From Tubiluchus corallicola (lineage: Eukaryota; Animalia; Priapulida): DNA of 64,000 nt. The notes under the pieces were generated by a model that was not told the origin of the DNA, made no database searches, and saw nothing but the letters and a program-made list of their open reading frames with translations. Where the stretch lies: contig JAQGDQ010000031.1 of NCBI GenBank assembly GCA_030141605.1, forward strand, positions 1 through 64,000. Direction: 5' to 3'. Positions 50,322-64,000 of the stretch are shown here, piece by piece (positions within the stretch are counted from its first letter, which is position 1; the number at the start of each line of letters is the position of its first letter). The position numbers and the translations under genes are program-made.

Positions 50322-51142
50322 TTTGATAGTGAAACTCCCCCTGCCTTTCCTACTTGTTCCTCGTGATGTAGAACTGTATCGTTCCATGGGATATCGAGAA
50401 AATGCAGGATCTTTTTCAAGTTTTTCTCAGGATGTAGCACTAGTTGTTCGTACCACACTGGCAAGCACCGCGCAGTGCCCACTTCAATACACTGTTCATA
50501 CATGGCTTGAACCGCTTGGTTCCACCTGGTCAAGCACTGGCGATAACTTTTTAAATCAAACCCGGTGATGGTTACTTGTCGCATTATGATCGAATGCACA
50601 GTAGCACGTCCATCGCGAATCATCAGAATGTATTTCGAGTTCGGAAACATCTCAGCGAGATATGCCGCCGACTTCAACATAAAAGGGTCCTTATTGCAAA
50701 GCCGCGGCGCCGCCTCTCCGTGCTTTGCAATCACTTCTAATATGAAAGCAGCTATGGCATCATTAATAACATTCGGCGTTAGGCCAGCTTCTTCCAGCCG
50801 CCATGCTTCCTTCTGCGACTTGTACCACTGGCTTCGCATACCCAAAATACGAGGAATGATTCTTGTTTCTTCACCGCAACGTACCATCGGGTGAGCGTCC
50901 AACATTACTCGCATCAGCGTCGTACCGCTTCTCGGCACTCCACCTATAAAAATTAAAGGCATGTCTCGGTGGTATGTGTACTGTTTCTGCTGACTGTCGT
51001 ATACGACTTTCACAGGGTCTTTGGGTACCATGATGTGTGCCGGCCGATTCTCGCATGGAATGAAACCGGAAAACACGACTAGTAGCACGCACACGCACGA
51101 GATAACTACGTAGAAAAAAGTCCGCAACATTCCGGTCCTCAT
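50322..51142 (-). CDS. TPST: Protein-tyrosine sulfotransferase, first coding exon
   Basis: N-terminal TM helix, PAPS-binding [36 protein letters not shown]; donor aa|gtaatt. The exon probably begins at 51275 (acceptor gatttcag), so the promoter lies further upstream. Confidence 0.95.
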
Positions 51143-54100
51143 CTTTAAGTCTTCCGACTAACGAAAACAACCTCTTTAAATGGAAAGCAGTGACTTCACA
51201 ATAGTATCACACAGTCATTCTGTGCACTTTAAATTCTCGCCGCCAGATGTCAGGAATGACCTGCCTTAGCTGCATCTGAAATCACAGACATTTTATGAAC
51301 ACGAGAAAAATTGGTAATTTAGGCAAGGCATTTGCAGAAACCAAAACATTTCAAAGCAATGATAAAATCAGAAACAATAGATTTTGCCCCAAAACAAAAC
51401 AGACAATACATAAAGCAGGAAAACATGATAGGCTTAATAATGATAATTAACATGTGGAGAGGCTTTAATATAGAGGAAATGCAGAATTTTTTAAAAAAAA
51501 TTTCCTCTGAATCTGTTTGCCTGCCTATCCTGTTAACATTGCATTGTGTCTTGTCTTGAAATGCAAATATGTTGCATATTGATTTGTTTATTAATAAAAT
51601 GCTGTTTAAACCAATGATAATAATATATAAAGCTCAGGGGGAAATTTGACTGCCTAGTTATAATTAGATCTATTTCATTATTTTACACAAGCAAGCTACT
51701 ATTGTATAACAGTAAAGCGCACTGCTTGTAAAATACTTTGAAAGCTTGTCATATACCCACAAATAATTCATTAATAAACTGTCAAGGATTATGATCATAA
51801 ATGCTAAAATGTGAAACTGGGCAGAGGGCACACAGACATCCATTACGCAATGCATTATGACAAAAGGATATTATTATACAGACCTCACTGACTGTTACAT
51901 AACTCCAGATCTATTAAGTTAGCAGGAGTCAGGAATAAAATCCCTCGACATAGTCCATAATATGCTTTCTCTGCTGAGTCTCTATAATGCAATAAGCTGG
52001 TTTTGATCTATACTTAGAAGCCCCTCATCATACAACTGATCTTGTATGGGTTTAGCTGTGTGCAACATGGATATTAATGACGTCAGACTGGGCTATAGAT
52101 AGAAGTACTCAGATGGAAGATCCTAGAATTAACATGACTGCTAATGCAGTCTTACCCCTCTTAGAAATGGTCAGTACAACACAACTCAGATAATATATTT
52201 ATGACTCCCGCCTAAAGAAAAACTAATAGTAGTAATGTTTTCAGTAAGTTATGTATATATGTAGTAGTGGTAGTGGTAATGGTAGAGGTAGAAGTAGTGG
52301 TCGTGGTCGTGGCAGCGACAGCAGCAGCAGTAGTAAAAATCTTATTTATTGTAGAACTATAGAAAAGAGCGACTTCAGCCATTGGCTATTTCCAGACGGA
52401 TTAAAGAAAATAAAACAAAATTTAAAATTCCAAAACAAAGCACACAATATAATGAGAAATTCAGAACACATTTTACAGCGCACTGTCTGCGTGAGTTCAT
52501 ATTTCAACAATTATTTACATGTATGTATGAGCCTTACACATTTACCTCGAAAAGAAAAAACATAATACCTGTTATACTAGAGTTACTCATTGATATTAAG
52601 CATTCACTCTTCTCCAATGTATTTTAGCAAGATAACTGCTTCATCATTAAACTGTAAAAAACAAATAAATTAAACAAGTTCAATCTATGCCAAGATTAGT
52701 TCACTATTATAAGAATTTTAGCAGGTTACACATAAAGCAGAGTTTTAATGCAAGCTAACCAGGTTTATATTAACTGGTGGCGATTAACTCAGCAGTTTTC
52801 AACAGTTGTTTTATTTGTCTGGTAGCTCTATAGTGAAGGCAATTATGTTGCGGAAACGCTTTTTAGAAAAATACCTTTAGCCTAATAACAGTTATTATTT
52901 CTCTTCTAATGGGTGATAGATGACCGAATGTTTTTTTGGGTAAACTTTTCCTTTAACATTAACGCTTAGGTTTAGTTTATTCATACATTTCATCAACACG
53001 TGACATGATTATAAACAATTAATAAAGCTTATAGTACACTACAACAAACAAAATCGTTTTACACTATCCTCAGTAGTTATACAAGTAACAATGAAATATC
53101 TGATGGAAAAAAAGAATTTTTTTTCGGCTTATTGTATCATTCGTCGTAATAACAATAATTATGTAATATGCTGCAGAGTCCTTGAAAGTCAAAGCTTGTA
53201 AGAGAGACTCTGACAGTGAAACAGAGATTAGTTAGTGCAAAGAGAAGAGGATCAACTTGCTAGTAGAGACAATGAAAAGAGGAGAGTGAAGGACGAAAAG
53301 AGAGGTAATGGTGATGATTGAACTTTTTCATGAACAGAACTTAAATTAATATGATATAACTTTCTCATTTACATTACCATTTCACTTTTTATTTAACACT
53401 AACATTTTTCATTAACAGTTTATAAGACGCTAAGTGTACAGGTACGGCAATAATAAGAAAAGTCAATGAACACCTACACAACAGAAACACCAGAAATAAA
53501 AGATTAGTCTATATTTAGACTGATGACAAGCGGAATAGATGAAATTGCTTTCACTTTGGAAGACTTGACATTATTGTCGTGTCTCCAATGCCAATAGCTG
53601 TAGGAAGAAACCTGTAGAAATAATAGCAACACAAATAACCAAGACAGATGGAAAAAGAAAGAAATGAAAGTAAATTATAGTAAAACGTGATGTCGGGTCA
53701 TTACTCGTCAGCTGTGAGCCGGAAAAGAAGAAAAGAATTTTGTTAGTTTTAGCACGGGCCCTAAAACTTAAATAGGAAGCGCGCTGAATCGCATGTAAAC
53801 TAAAATAGCCCACGCGGGGCAAATAAATTTTTGTCGAAGGAAAATCTATGTGAATTTCATTCTAGAAGCAAAATGTGCTCGCTTGTAACGACGAAACTGT
53901 TATAGACGGTAAGAATGGTAACAGCAGTACATTGGTAAAATTCACAAAACTGAACTAGCCAAAGAACCGGCCTCTAAAGCTACTAGATATTAGTACTTCT
54001 GAGAGAGGTTTTGAGGTGAAAGGGAGCGCATAACAAAATCACAAATTTCTGTTTGTTAATGCTAGTGCAGTGTTTGTTCATAAGTTATGTGCATGTATAC

Positions 54101-55212
54101 TAGTGTATGCGTATATGCATAATGTTTATACATATGTGAAAAACATTGTTAAACAGCATACGTATGACGTTTGTGTTACAAAGCTTATTCGAAAAATCAT
54201 TGTAATGGATTACTTACTAGTTAGTTAAGATTATTACTACTAAAATTACTATGCAATGACAGCTATGCGTGTCCAGAATAATAAAAAAAATTGCAGTAAT
54301 GGCTGTTAAATATTAAAATGAGTGTTCAAATTATGTTTGATTTGTGTCTACGTTACATTTCTGTGTCTGTAAGATTTGAAATCAGAAGTGAAGTGTGGTC
54401 CAGATGCAGACGGGTTCCTACAACTGTCATTTTGCCAGCGCTCATGCACGCACATATTGCGATTGCAGAGAGGATAAGGTTGTAAGTGAGACCAAATTCA
54501 TAAAAAAGATGCACTCTATTATTAAACGATTCGAGCTTAATAAGCAATGCGCTAAACTTAATACATTTGCAGCTTCCTGTACATTTATCAAGTTCGCTGT
54601 GTGGTGCTTATGCAATTAAATAAGTAAGAAGGCGAGCATCTCGTTAAGCAGGGAATGAGAAGCCATTTGTGTAATAACGTCACAAAGCCATACACAAGCC
54701 CTAAAGTGCAGCATGGCAGGTAGATTTATATTATCTATTATATCACTGCCTCAAGCACGTGGTGACTGTACAAAAGCATGAATGAATAAGTATTCCTGTG
54801 TACAGAATTACATGCACAGTTACAGTTGCTAAGTGATTGGAGAATAGCTCTGATAATATGTTTATTAAATTATCACTGCCATAATTATAATCATCACAAT
54901 TGCATGTATGATAAAACGAGCGTACGTAACGATGGTGACAATTATATTCGAATATTCCACGTTCCATACACGACACAATCAATAAAAACAATTTTATTAA
55001 ATCGACACTACTATCTATGTTAGTAGGTAATGAAAGAAATACCTTAGAAATTGTTAACAATCACTTCACACCCTAGGGAAATAAATTTGGAATAAGGCTG
55101 GCCAAGAATGGCTCAGCCTTATTGTTTGCTGAGACAGCGAAAGGTCTGTTGGCATGTAGGTATACAATGGAAAAGTAACGAACAGATATCATTTCTCAAC
55201 GTTCTGTTCGTT

Positions 55213-55310
55213 ACTTTACTTGATGAAGGCCTCGGAGGTTGAAACGTTGCGAAATTATTCCTTAAAATGCTTCTTTCCTTCCAACAGATGTCGCTACATT
55301 GTAAATAATA
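55213..55310 (+). mobile_element. Penelope-like element terminal-repeat relic with degenerate minimal hammerhead core
   Basis: TTGATGA-A-GGCCT cgg AGGTT-GAAA-CGTT, followed by an AT-rich tail. Confidence 0.5.
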
Positions 55311-55451
55311 TACCAGAACCAGCCAGCATTGTTTACAACGTTGGTGTCGCCATCTACTAAAATTATTATTGAACTAAATTATATACCTTATACCAGTCAG
55401 CATTGTTTACAACGATGGTGTCGCCATCTACTAAAATTATTATTGAACTAA
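55309..55451. repeat. Direct duplication of ~65 bp
   Basis: cagcattgtttacaacg(t/a)tggtgtcgccatctactaaaattattattgaactaa occurs twice. Confidence 0.9.
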
Positions 55452-56064
55452 TGTAAGTTAATGTACCTTTAAAGTAGGGTAAATGTGGCTTCTTTTTGAG
55501 AAGAACAGAACTGAACAAAAGCCACACTGAATCATCTGTGATACATATTTTACTTAACAATTTCACGTATATACATAGTGCTTATTTAACTTTGGCATTT
55601 GTTCTTTCTACCATACAGCATACCGAATTTCTATCAGGAGCTACTCATTTACGCACATGTGCAATTATACAAGGCGAAAATGATTAATCAAATGTTGTCA
55701 AACGTCTTGCAACAACGTTCCACATGTGTGATTGAATTGGTAATAAAGACGCCGCTATTTCCTGCTAGTTGCAACTATACGACCATTGAGCAACTATATA
55801 CGCTGTACTGCTCTGCTAAATATCTTGCTTTATTCACAACAATATTCTATAATGTATGATGCAACTGCGTATGTGTATTTATGCGTGCGTCATTACAAAC
55901 GTGAGTAACAATGCTGATAACATTGCCTTTCTGTTAGGGACAGGTAAACACTTACGTGAAATTCTTAAAATCCGTGAAAAATATGGTATAGAACGGTTTT
56001 CTCACCTAATCCTAACAAAACATGGCTTCTTTATTTAGACAAAAATTTTAGTGGGGGGGGGGGG

Positions 56065-56460
56065 TGAAATCCGTTTTTGCGGTAAACGGCTGATCTGGAA
56101 ACAGACTGTTAAGTATTTAGGTTGTGATAGGGTGAACAGCGATGATTTTCTTACTGATGTTTCAAGGTTAAAAAAATTCTTGATTCGATGACTAATATTC
56201 CATCAAGTATGCGGGTGGGGGCATAATCGTAATGACATTTAGCAGCTAAGACTCTGGTCAATACATATTATCTACCAATTTTGTTATACGGATACGAAAT
56301 TGGCGGTATATCAAACAATGAAGTTAATGCCATTAGGGTAAAATGGAACACTGCTTTTACGAAAAATATTGCGTTTCACACAAAATTGGAAGCGTCAAAT
56401 TATAAATGTGTTTTTGCGGCACAACGCCTGCGAATTATTTAATAGATAGACATAAATTAA
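56065..56460 (+). mobile_element. LINE reverse-transcriptase C-terminal relic
   Basis: Frameshifted segments EIRFCGKRLIWKQTVKYLG, YYLPILLYGYEI and VNAIRVKWNTA. Confidence 0.75.
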
Positions 56461-56819
56461 ACTTTTGAGAAAAAAATCTAGCACGTTGAGAATTCCAAAG
56501 TTATACTGCTATGTAAATAATAGTCAAGTAAATTTAAGATTAAAATATGGTTGTACTGCACATCTAAACGAACATTTAAAAAGTTAAAGGTAGAGAACTC
56601 ATTTAAGGATTATGGTTTAAGATATCTGTTACAGATTCTTGCAACACCGTATATTGTAATAAAATTATATGAGTACTGAACAGAGTGTGAATATTGCAAG
56701 GTTGAATTTCTGACTTTACTAACTTCCCATTATCTATTTTACTAACATCCTGTTATCTCTGCCAGCTGTGTATTTTTATACGAAATAAATTAATAATATT
56801 TTACTATACTGATATGCTA

Positions 56820-56955
56820 TATATAATATAGTATATATATTATACATATATATACATTATAGTATATATATATAAAACAACAACAACAACAACAATAATA
56901 ATAATAATAAGAAGAAGAAGAATAAGATGACGGATAATTATATGATAATATAATG
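56820..56955. repeat. (AT)n plus compound (AAC)(AAT)(AAG) microsatellite
   Basis: Read directly. Confidence 0.9.
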
Positions 56956-58379
56956 TCCAACAGCATAAAGACATAGTAGTTAACGGGCTACATATAGAAT
57001 AAATAATTAGTTATTTTAATGCTGTTAATTTGTCAAGAGCAATGTACTGTCAGTTAACCAATTCAACAATCTCAGAAGTGACAAACCGTAATGGCCGCGC
57101 AGTCGCTTGCTCAAATCTCGGGAAATCACGTTTCCAAATTTGTTACAGACTCGGTTATTTTCGTTACTAGCAGAGACGTAACCAGAAGAACTACTAAGTC
57201 TTAATTGGTGATACATTGCAGAGAAACTTCACACGAAGCGATCAATATCCGCAGTTCGTCCGCTTATCAAGACAGAAATCTAAAACCGACACCTAGTTGA
57301 CGAAGACTAATGAATGGATAAAAAACACCTTCACCAAGCCGAACTGATGAAATGAGCTGAATCCTCGCCTGCATCGTGGAAAAGAAGGTCAAGGAAGGAC
57401 TAATACGATGAAAGTCAGGAAGTTTTCAGCTGATGATTAAACTGGCGCGTGATAAGAACGTTTCCGCACGATGTGGGGGCAGTGACTAATTAAGTGACTA
57501 ATTAAGGTTCTACCACATTAATAATCGCATTATGAATTAAAATGATGATTATATCGAACAGTTGCGGCCTTTATAAATTATAGCATAGACCTCAAAGTGA
57601 GGTTATTATACTAAGTTGCTAAATTGGTAGAATTCTCAAGTCTAAATTTAGTTAAAATTCTTTAAGTTTTCTCCGTGTAAAAAACAAGATGAACGAGACC
57701 TTAGACTGCGCGAATATTTTTTTTTCATGAACCAAAATCAAGAAAAATGCCCGAAGAATACGTGGCTCTCGAATGTTTAGATGTTATTTTGAACACGATA
57801 ACAGGTTAGTTGAGAAGAGAATTGAATTCACACACTGAATCTAACGCAGGGAAAAATCGTTTAGGAAATGATTACTATTAAAACTGATTGAAGCTAAAGC
57901 TTCAGTGGCTTCAACAAACTGCATTAGACAACTATTTAATCTGAGCAGAGATCCGGATTAATTTAATAAAAGCTGTCGATGTCGTCATGGCAACGAGTCT
58001 GGTCTTATGACACCTCGCTAAACAATGAGTGAAGAGTAAAAAGCTGAGTTTCTTTGTTTAATTTTATTTACGTTATTGTGGCTTAAAATGGTGAAAAATA
58101 TTCTGAATTTCTGAGGCAACTTGGGTACTCATCCCCCTGGTGCCGTGTCCGGCTGTGTGAAGCGACGCGGCAAAATTCGAGCGGCAACGGCCACACAGAA
58201 ATGATGTATTTTTACATAAAAATCATTACAGCTAAGCCCATTATTAACGAACCAACAAACATTAGACTACTTTCAGTTACACTGCGTAGTTCTGTAGTAA
58301 TTCAGCTGTCTAGTGAGTTATAATACATAAACTTCCGTTTATGGACAAAAAATAACAAGATAAGGCTATTGGTAAAATG

Positions 58380-58495
58380 CGGCAAAATAAATAGCGGATC
58401 TAAAACACTACCCAGAATAGTTCCAGATATTACTCGACGGTAATTAGAGAATGTAGATCCTACAAATATACGTTGTATACGATTTGACACAAAAA
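58380..58495 (-). mobile_element. CR1/L2-type LINE RT relic
   Basis: LSNRIQRIFVGSTFSNYRRVISGTILGSVLDPLF resembles the LSNRxQxV...SGVPQGSVLGPLLF motif. Confidence 0.75.
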
Positions 58496-58787
58496 CGTTT
58501 TGCTATTACATCAGGTTACCTGAAATACCCTAACTCTGTAAGTTTGCTAATAATTTAGTATGAACAATTAGACGATATCATCAAATGCTAGAGTGTAGTG
58601 TATAATATACTACATCGATTCTACTTCCAGTATCAACGCCGGATGATTTAATCTCTTTATTCGCAATTGAAAACTAAATGTTCATAGTAAAAATCGAAAC
58701 AAAAGAGACTTTGCAAACTGCCTATCGAAAATTTATTTACTAACTGATTTGCCTGCTTTCTATTGAAGGGAAAAAGTCTAATTAAAG

Positions 58788-58987
58788 GTGAAGGACAGCA
58801 GGCGATGAGCCGTCCCGAAGGGTTTCTCTAGGCTCCCGTGAAGGACAGCAGGCGATAAGCCGTCCCGAAGGGTTTCTCTAGGCTCCCGTGAAGGACAGTA
58901 GGCGATAAGCCGTCCCGAAGGGTTTCTCTAGGCTCCCGTGAAGGACAGCAGGCGATAAGCCGTCCCGAAGGGTTTCTCTAGGCTCCC
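58788..58987. repeat. 50-bp GC-rich tandem repeat, 4 copies
   Basis: Unit gtgaaggacagcaggcgataagccgtcccgaagggtttctctaggctccc. Confidence 0.97.
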
Positions 58988-59749
58988 GAATATGCCGCAT
59001 GACTGTCCGCTACGCACTATTTGGCACACACCGCCCACCAGGAGGCATCCTACCTGCCAGGCTGTCAACATATTCCATCACAAGAAACTCTGAATCTGAA
59101 TACATATGTATACTCCCACACAAGCCTTTTGAGTTTTTGTATAAATGACAAATATAGTTTCGCACGAGTGAAATACTTTAGCACTGTCTTTGGACTAAAC
59201 TAACCGATCAATACCATATCAGAGCTAACTGTACGTACACAACTTCCTCTATGCCTATATGATATTATACATTATTAAAAATTACCTTTGATGCAAACTT
59301 CTCAGGAAACATTTGTTGCGGAAACACACTTGAATATCAAAGGCATGCAACAGATGCCTAGCTATACATATATACCTCCTACCATGTGCGCCTGCGGCCT
59401 ACGTAAATTTACAAGAAGCTTTGTTACACTTCTATTCATGAACGGTTGGGTAGTTAGTTATCATAGCTACAACAAATACTACACCACCACTATTTGAATG
59501 CAGCCGCTACATATAAACGAACACAATTGACAATGGTTCAATATTTCAAACAGCCAGACACTGCCAATGGTAATAGAAACGTATTCACTTCTGTAATATT
59601 TTATCACATACCCCCCCCTCCCCAATTATACAGACACAGAAACGTTAAGTAAAATGCCTTCATTCAATCGCATTCAACATCCTCATATAAATTACCACAA
59701 TAAATTATGATGGTAATGTCTAATAGGCATAATACATGTTTTGTAGAAA

Positions 59750-59915
59750 TCATGTACAATCCTTATTTGTTTGTAAATTAACCACCGCAGCCAATATAGT
59801 GCAGTGGATGCATCAGCAGTTTTTAATATTTGCATTACAATTTCATGTTTGTAACCATCACATTTGTACAGCAAATAAAGATTAGTTAAGATAAGCAACT
59901 GTACGCACAATTAAC
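59750..59915 (-). mobile_element. Degenerate LINE RT core relic
   Basis: LYLLYKCD...QILKTADASTAL resembles LF.LYT.D...IKFADDTAL. Confidence 0.45.
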
Positions 59916-60274
59916 CATGTCGAGAACCTTTAAGCACAAAAACTCACGGCCATTTATGTAACTCGTTCTACTGAATTATTCCCGATTAATGGACGCAAGA
60001 GGCAATTTTCTACTTGCGTTTGTTTATGGCAAATGAAAACGGATAAATCCGGTCGTCCGCTCAGATTACGCGCGCAATTTAGCTCTAATTGCAGTGACTG
60101 CCGCTGTATAATAAAGCGCTCTGTCTTGCACAAAAAGGTCAGAAACACAGGATAAAAATATAATCATCCACTTTCTTCTGAAATTCAAACAAAAACTTTC
60201 TTAACCGGGTTTCCTAACTTGCAAAAAAAATTTGAGCCTAACCGTCACGCAGAGAAATTTCATTGGGTAAATGT

Positions 60275-61100
60275 TGATTTGATTTGATTTACTACTTTAT
60301 TTCAAACATAAGTTCACAGCGCGAAAGACATCATATAAAAATTATAAATAAAAGTACACTAAAATACAAAAAATGTGAAAGGAATGTGAACACAGCTTAA
60401 CTTGAAGCCTCCTCCAATATAATTGCTATTTTAGAGAAAGATTTTCTTTCAGCACACGTTGAAGTATTTTATTGCAGCCAATTGTTTTTTGGTATGCTAT
60501 TTTGTTATTATTATTACGTATCACTGTATGTACATTGCTTTTTGTAAGAAATAAATCAAATATATAAATGTATAATATTATATACATTGCATAATATACA
60601 TATATCGAATGTAAGTGAACACATCTTAGCTTGAAGACCCCTATAAAATTATTGCTATACATTTGTACATATAAGTCTATCATTCTCTATTGATTAAAAG
60701 AAATTTAATTAGAGAACGAAATTTAATTAGAACAATTTTTAATAAATATCGAACACTAGTTTAAAATGCCCGATTTTATTCGAGTTTTATTATTCTCAAA
60801 GAAGTAAATCCAAAGTTTTCAACGCAATTCGGCATTTATTATTTATTTTGTTGACTAATTATTTATTTTATTCATTACTTTAAGGGCAGACATTTTTACT
60901 GTGCAGCACAAATGACAGACCTGTATATTACTGCCCATAAAGTGAAGTGCATTAAAACATGATCCAAGCAATAAAATAACGGAGCAAACACGTCTATATA
61001 ACAATGCAAACAAGTGAATTAATAAACTTCTCTCAGCGTGTTCAAATAAAGTCACATTTGCTGAGAATTTAATAAAGTTCTGATAAAAACATTCTCTTTA
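60275..61100 (-). mobile_element. Degenerate 3' end of a CR1/L2-type LINE
   Basis: Minus-strand AATAAA followed by an (AAATC)n tail at 60275-60302, with decayed coding-like sequence upstream. A similar tail lies at 29215-29250. Confidence 0.45.
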
Positions 61101-61419
61101 AAAAGCAATGGTTTTTCAAACTGCATTTAATAGTTTTAGTATACCAACAGATTACCCCTGTATTCATCCATCCAAATGCTAACCAAAACTGTCAATACTT
61201 AATTTCCGATAACCAGCCAGGGTCACTCATCTAACTACTGGACAGAGCACCTAGTACTGAACTAGCTTATCACAACATCATTTAGTGGCCTAATTTAAAG
61301 CACAAGAAAACTCGTAAATTACGTAAAGACACAAAGATTCATCTTAAAATTTTGTATCACCTACATACTCTTTTATTACACACAAGAGCTTGTATTAGCA
61401 CCAACGCTGCATAAAATTT

Positions 61420-61775
61420 AAATTACCGCGAAGACCGTATAGGCGCAGCCGTTTTTTGACGGTAGGTCGTCAGAAACAAGTTTACATAACATAAAGTTTG
61501 AAAAAATAATCACAGTATTCGTTGCGCACTAACTGATTAACTAACGCACTTCACTAACTAAACAAAAGTATAAATTATCGTACCTTCTCAATAAGATTAA
61601 AACTACGTTTTTTGGTGAATCAGTTGTGCACACTGGGAACGTGAGTCAGTGATGTGATAGATACAGTACCAGTTGGCGCTAACATTTTAAATAACTTGAA
61701 ATTTTCTTTTCTAGTTACATTATTACAAGTCTTTCAACAAAGTAAGCCTAATGCTAAGTAATGGAACTTTGTGTG
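61420..61775 (+). mobile_element. Old dispersed repeat family B, copy 4
   Basis: taggcgcagccg...gaaacaagtttacataaca...ggtgaatcagttgtgcacactgg...taatgctaagtaatg. Confidence 0.75.
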
Positions 61776-62655
61776 GAACGTTTTTTGGGATATACTTTAA
61801 AATGCCGCTTTTGCCAAGGAGACTGTAGAGAAAAAGTTCATGACGCCATTAACTGGATTTATTGCTTTTCCCCATACACGTCTTCAAATTTTAATCAACG
61901 ATGGATTTTCTAAACTCGTCAGTAACCAAAGTTTTTTTCTAATAACCTTAGAGATAAATTCGATTTATGCTGGAAATTAATCTCGAAGGCTCCAATCAAG
62001 CAGCCGACTGATAATGAATCGGCTTGGGGAAACCCATTTGACACCCATAAAATAATTAAAAATAGAATTAAGCTTCCCACATTGCACGCTTGTTGACTTA
62101 GGAGAGAAAAATGGGTTTACGCTTTCAAACATTTAATCACTGACTCAGTGTGACTTGACAAATATAAAAATGAAATAAAAGTTAAAATGTTCTAAAATCT
62201 TATAAAACTGAACTTTAATAGATTTTATAAACGTAAATGAGAAATAGCCCAAGTAAATAGCCAAGTGTTCACAGCGTGTACAATGAAGCTAAAAAGCGTT
62301 AGGCCTGTTATACACAACTACTGGGTAATTGCTGGCAAGACTGCAACTTCATGGTTTCATCTGCTATACTACACCTGTCTCTTTTTCACTATTCAACTGA
62401 TCAAGAGCATTACTCTTGATATTGAGATAAGTACCAGTCGTGCCACAGCCAATTGCATGCAATAAGCCTGCTATAAAGCGCTGGTTTGCATAAAGAGCAA
62501 GCGCCTAAATATGCCAACTGCTTATTAAGAAACTATTACTGAAATAAAAATTTACGAAAATTCTTCAAATGTCGATTTTTAAAGTAATTCCTTTTCAAGT
62601 TCATTAGATTTCTTTCCTGCCTTGCGTGTTCAGTTTCTCCTTTCTTCAGTCATTG

Positions 62656-62802
62656 GTTGATTGATTGATTATTCATTCATTCATTCATTCATTCATTCAT
62701 TCATTCATTCATTCATTCATTCATTCATTCATTCATTCATTCATTCATTCATTCATTCATTCATTCATATATTCATTCATTCATGCGTTCATTCATTCAT
62801 TA
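62656..62802. repeat. (TTGA)n/(TTCA)n microsatellite
   Basis: Read directly. Confidence 0.97.
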
Positions 62803-63249
62803 TATTTAGTCAGTGCAAGCTCATAAAAGAGTAGTGGCGGCATTTTATTTTAGTTAATTTGCATTTTGCAACATGTAAGTAACCATAAACAAGAAAATGC
62901 TAAGCAAAATGCTTTTAGTGGTGATTATACAAGGAGCAGCAGGGCTTCATGAAATCAAAACAGTCACAATGGACGCCACTGCCTCTTGTCTACACCGGAA
63001 CTTCCGCTTACAGTACACCGGAAATTACACGTAGATTTACAATGGATGGATAGCCAGCTACCAAATTAAGTAATTGTACGTCGTAACCAGTAAAGGAAAC
63101 AAGGAAAAAATAAGTGAAATGGCACGATGCAATGACGACAGCTGCCGTTATTATGAGCTAGATTGATGCTAGATTGACTGCCTACGTTTATATTAGTAAG
63201 CAGTATTAAACCCATGTTGTTCTGGGTTTGGGTAACCTATAATAATGAA

Positions 63250-63482
<233 letters not shown>

Positions 63483-63712
63483 CAGCGCATTTCTGTAATT
63501 AATGATTCTTAATCTTGTAGAAAACTCGAGAATTAATGTTCCACTAACGCAACAGATTACACCGCAGGGAATCATAACGAAAGGTGATCTTCCCAATTAA
63601 TTTCAATCAGTTCGTTAAAGTTAATTAAGAGCATTAATGAACAGTATGCATGAAAGGTACATGTCGAGGAGAAGATCAGTACCGCATTGTGTAATTAACT
63701 GCAGTATTTTAA

Positions 63713-63882
63713 TTAATTATGTTCAGTTTCTTACCACATTAGAGAAATGCAACACGTTCACAATACTGTCCTTAAAAAATGATAACTGAAGTAAATTAAA
63801 TACTTATGTTCAGTTTCTTGCCGCATTAAAGAAGGGTAAGTTGTTGGCAGTACTGTCATTAAAGAAACAAGGCTGCAGTAAT
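63713..63882. repeat. Two diverged ~89-bp direct repeats
   Basis: ttatgttcagtttctt(a/g)cc(a/g)catta...tactgtc.ttaaa...ctg.agtaa occurs twice. Confidence 0.65.
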
Positions 63883-64000
63883 TCTATAGTCACTAGTGTA
63901 AACCTCTTCCTGCGTTGACATTTCACGAAACCAATAAGCCAATAAGGTGGTATTGACAATAAAATTCAGCTGTGGGCAGGAGCAGGCGGCGGATTTCAAT

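Noticed and set aside
50248-51170. Alternative-frame and antisense ORFs over TPST (likewise over ARPC2 and the CDA exons)
   Set aside because: Shadow ORFs of real coding sequence with no recognisable motifs.

Overview
AT-rich animal genomic DNA, most likely arthropod, with GT-AG introns and two convergent gene pairs. (1) The 3' half of a NuMA/Mud-family spindle protein gene on + (<1-~16.8 kb), recognised by its NLM motif RLSELQRRNTLCLPHMKSSYPAE. (2) An intronless ARPC2 (Arp2/3 p34) ORF on - (19977-20651) that lacks its first ~76 codons. (3) An 8-exon secreted chitin-deacetylase-like gene on + (28485-42282; signal peptide, CBM14, LDLa, CE4 domain) whose catalytic and metal-binding residues are nearly all substituted. 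(4) A tyrosylprotein sulfotransferase gene on - (51142 to ~47305). Introns carry hAT-type MITEs with 8-bp TSDs, other MITEs, LINE relics, a tRNA-derived SINE head, a Penelope-type hammerhead relic, minisatellites and microsatellites. The most unusual structure is a 66-68 bp tandem array (7780-9198) built from the complete 3' splice site of the NuMA NLM exon. It places 21 decoy acceptors in front of the real one, and each unit type translated leads to a premature stop or frameshift. All gene models and family assignments were made by eye; no searches were run.
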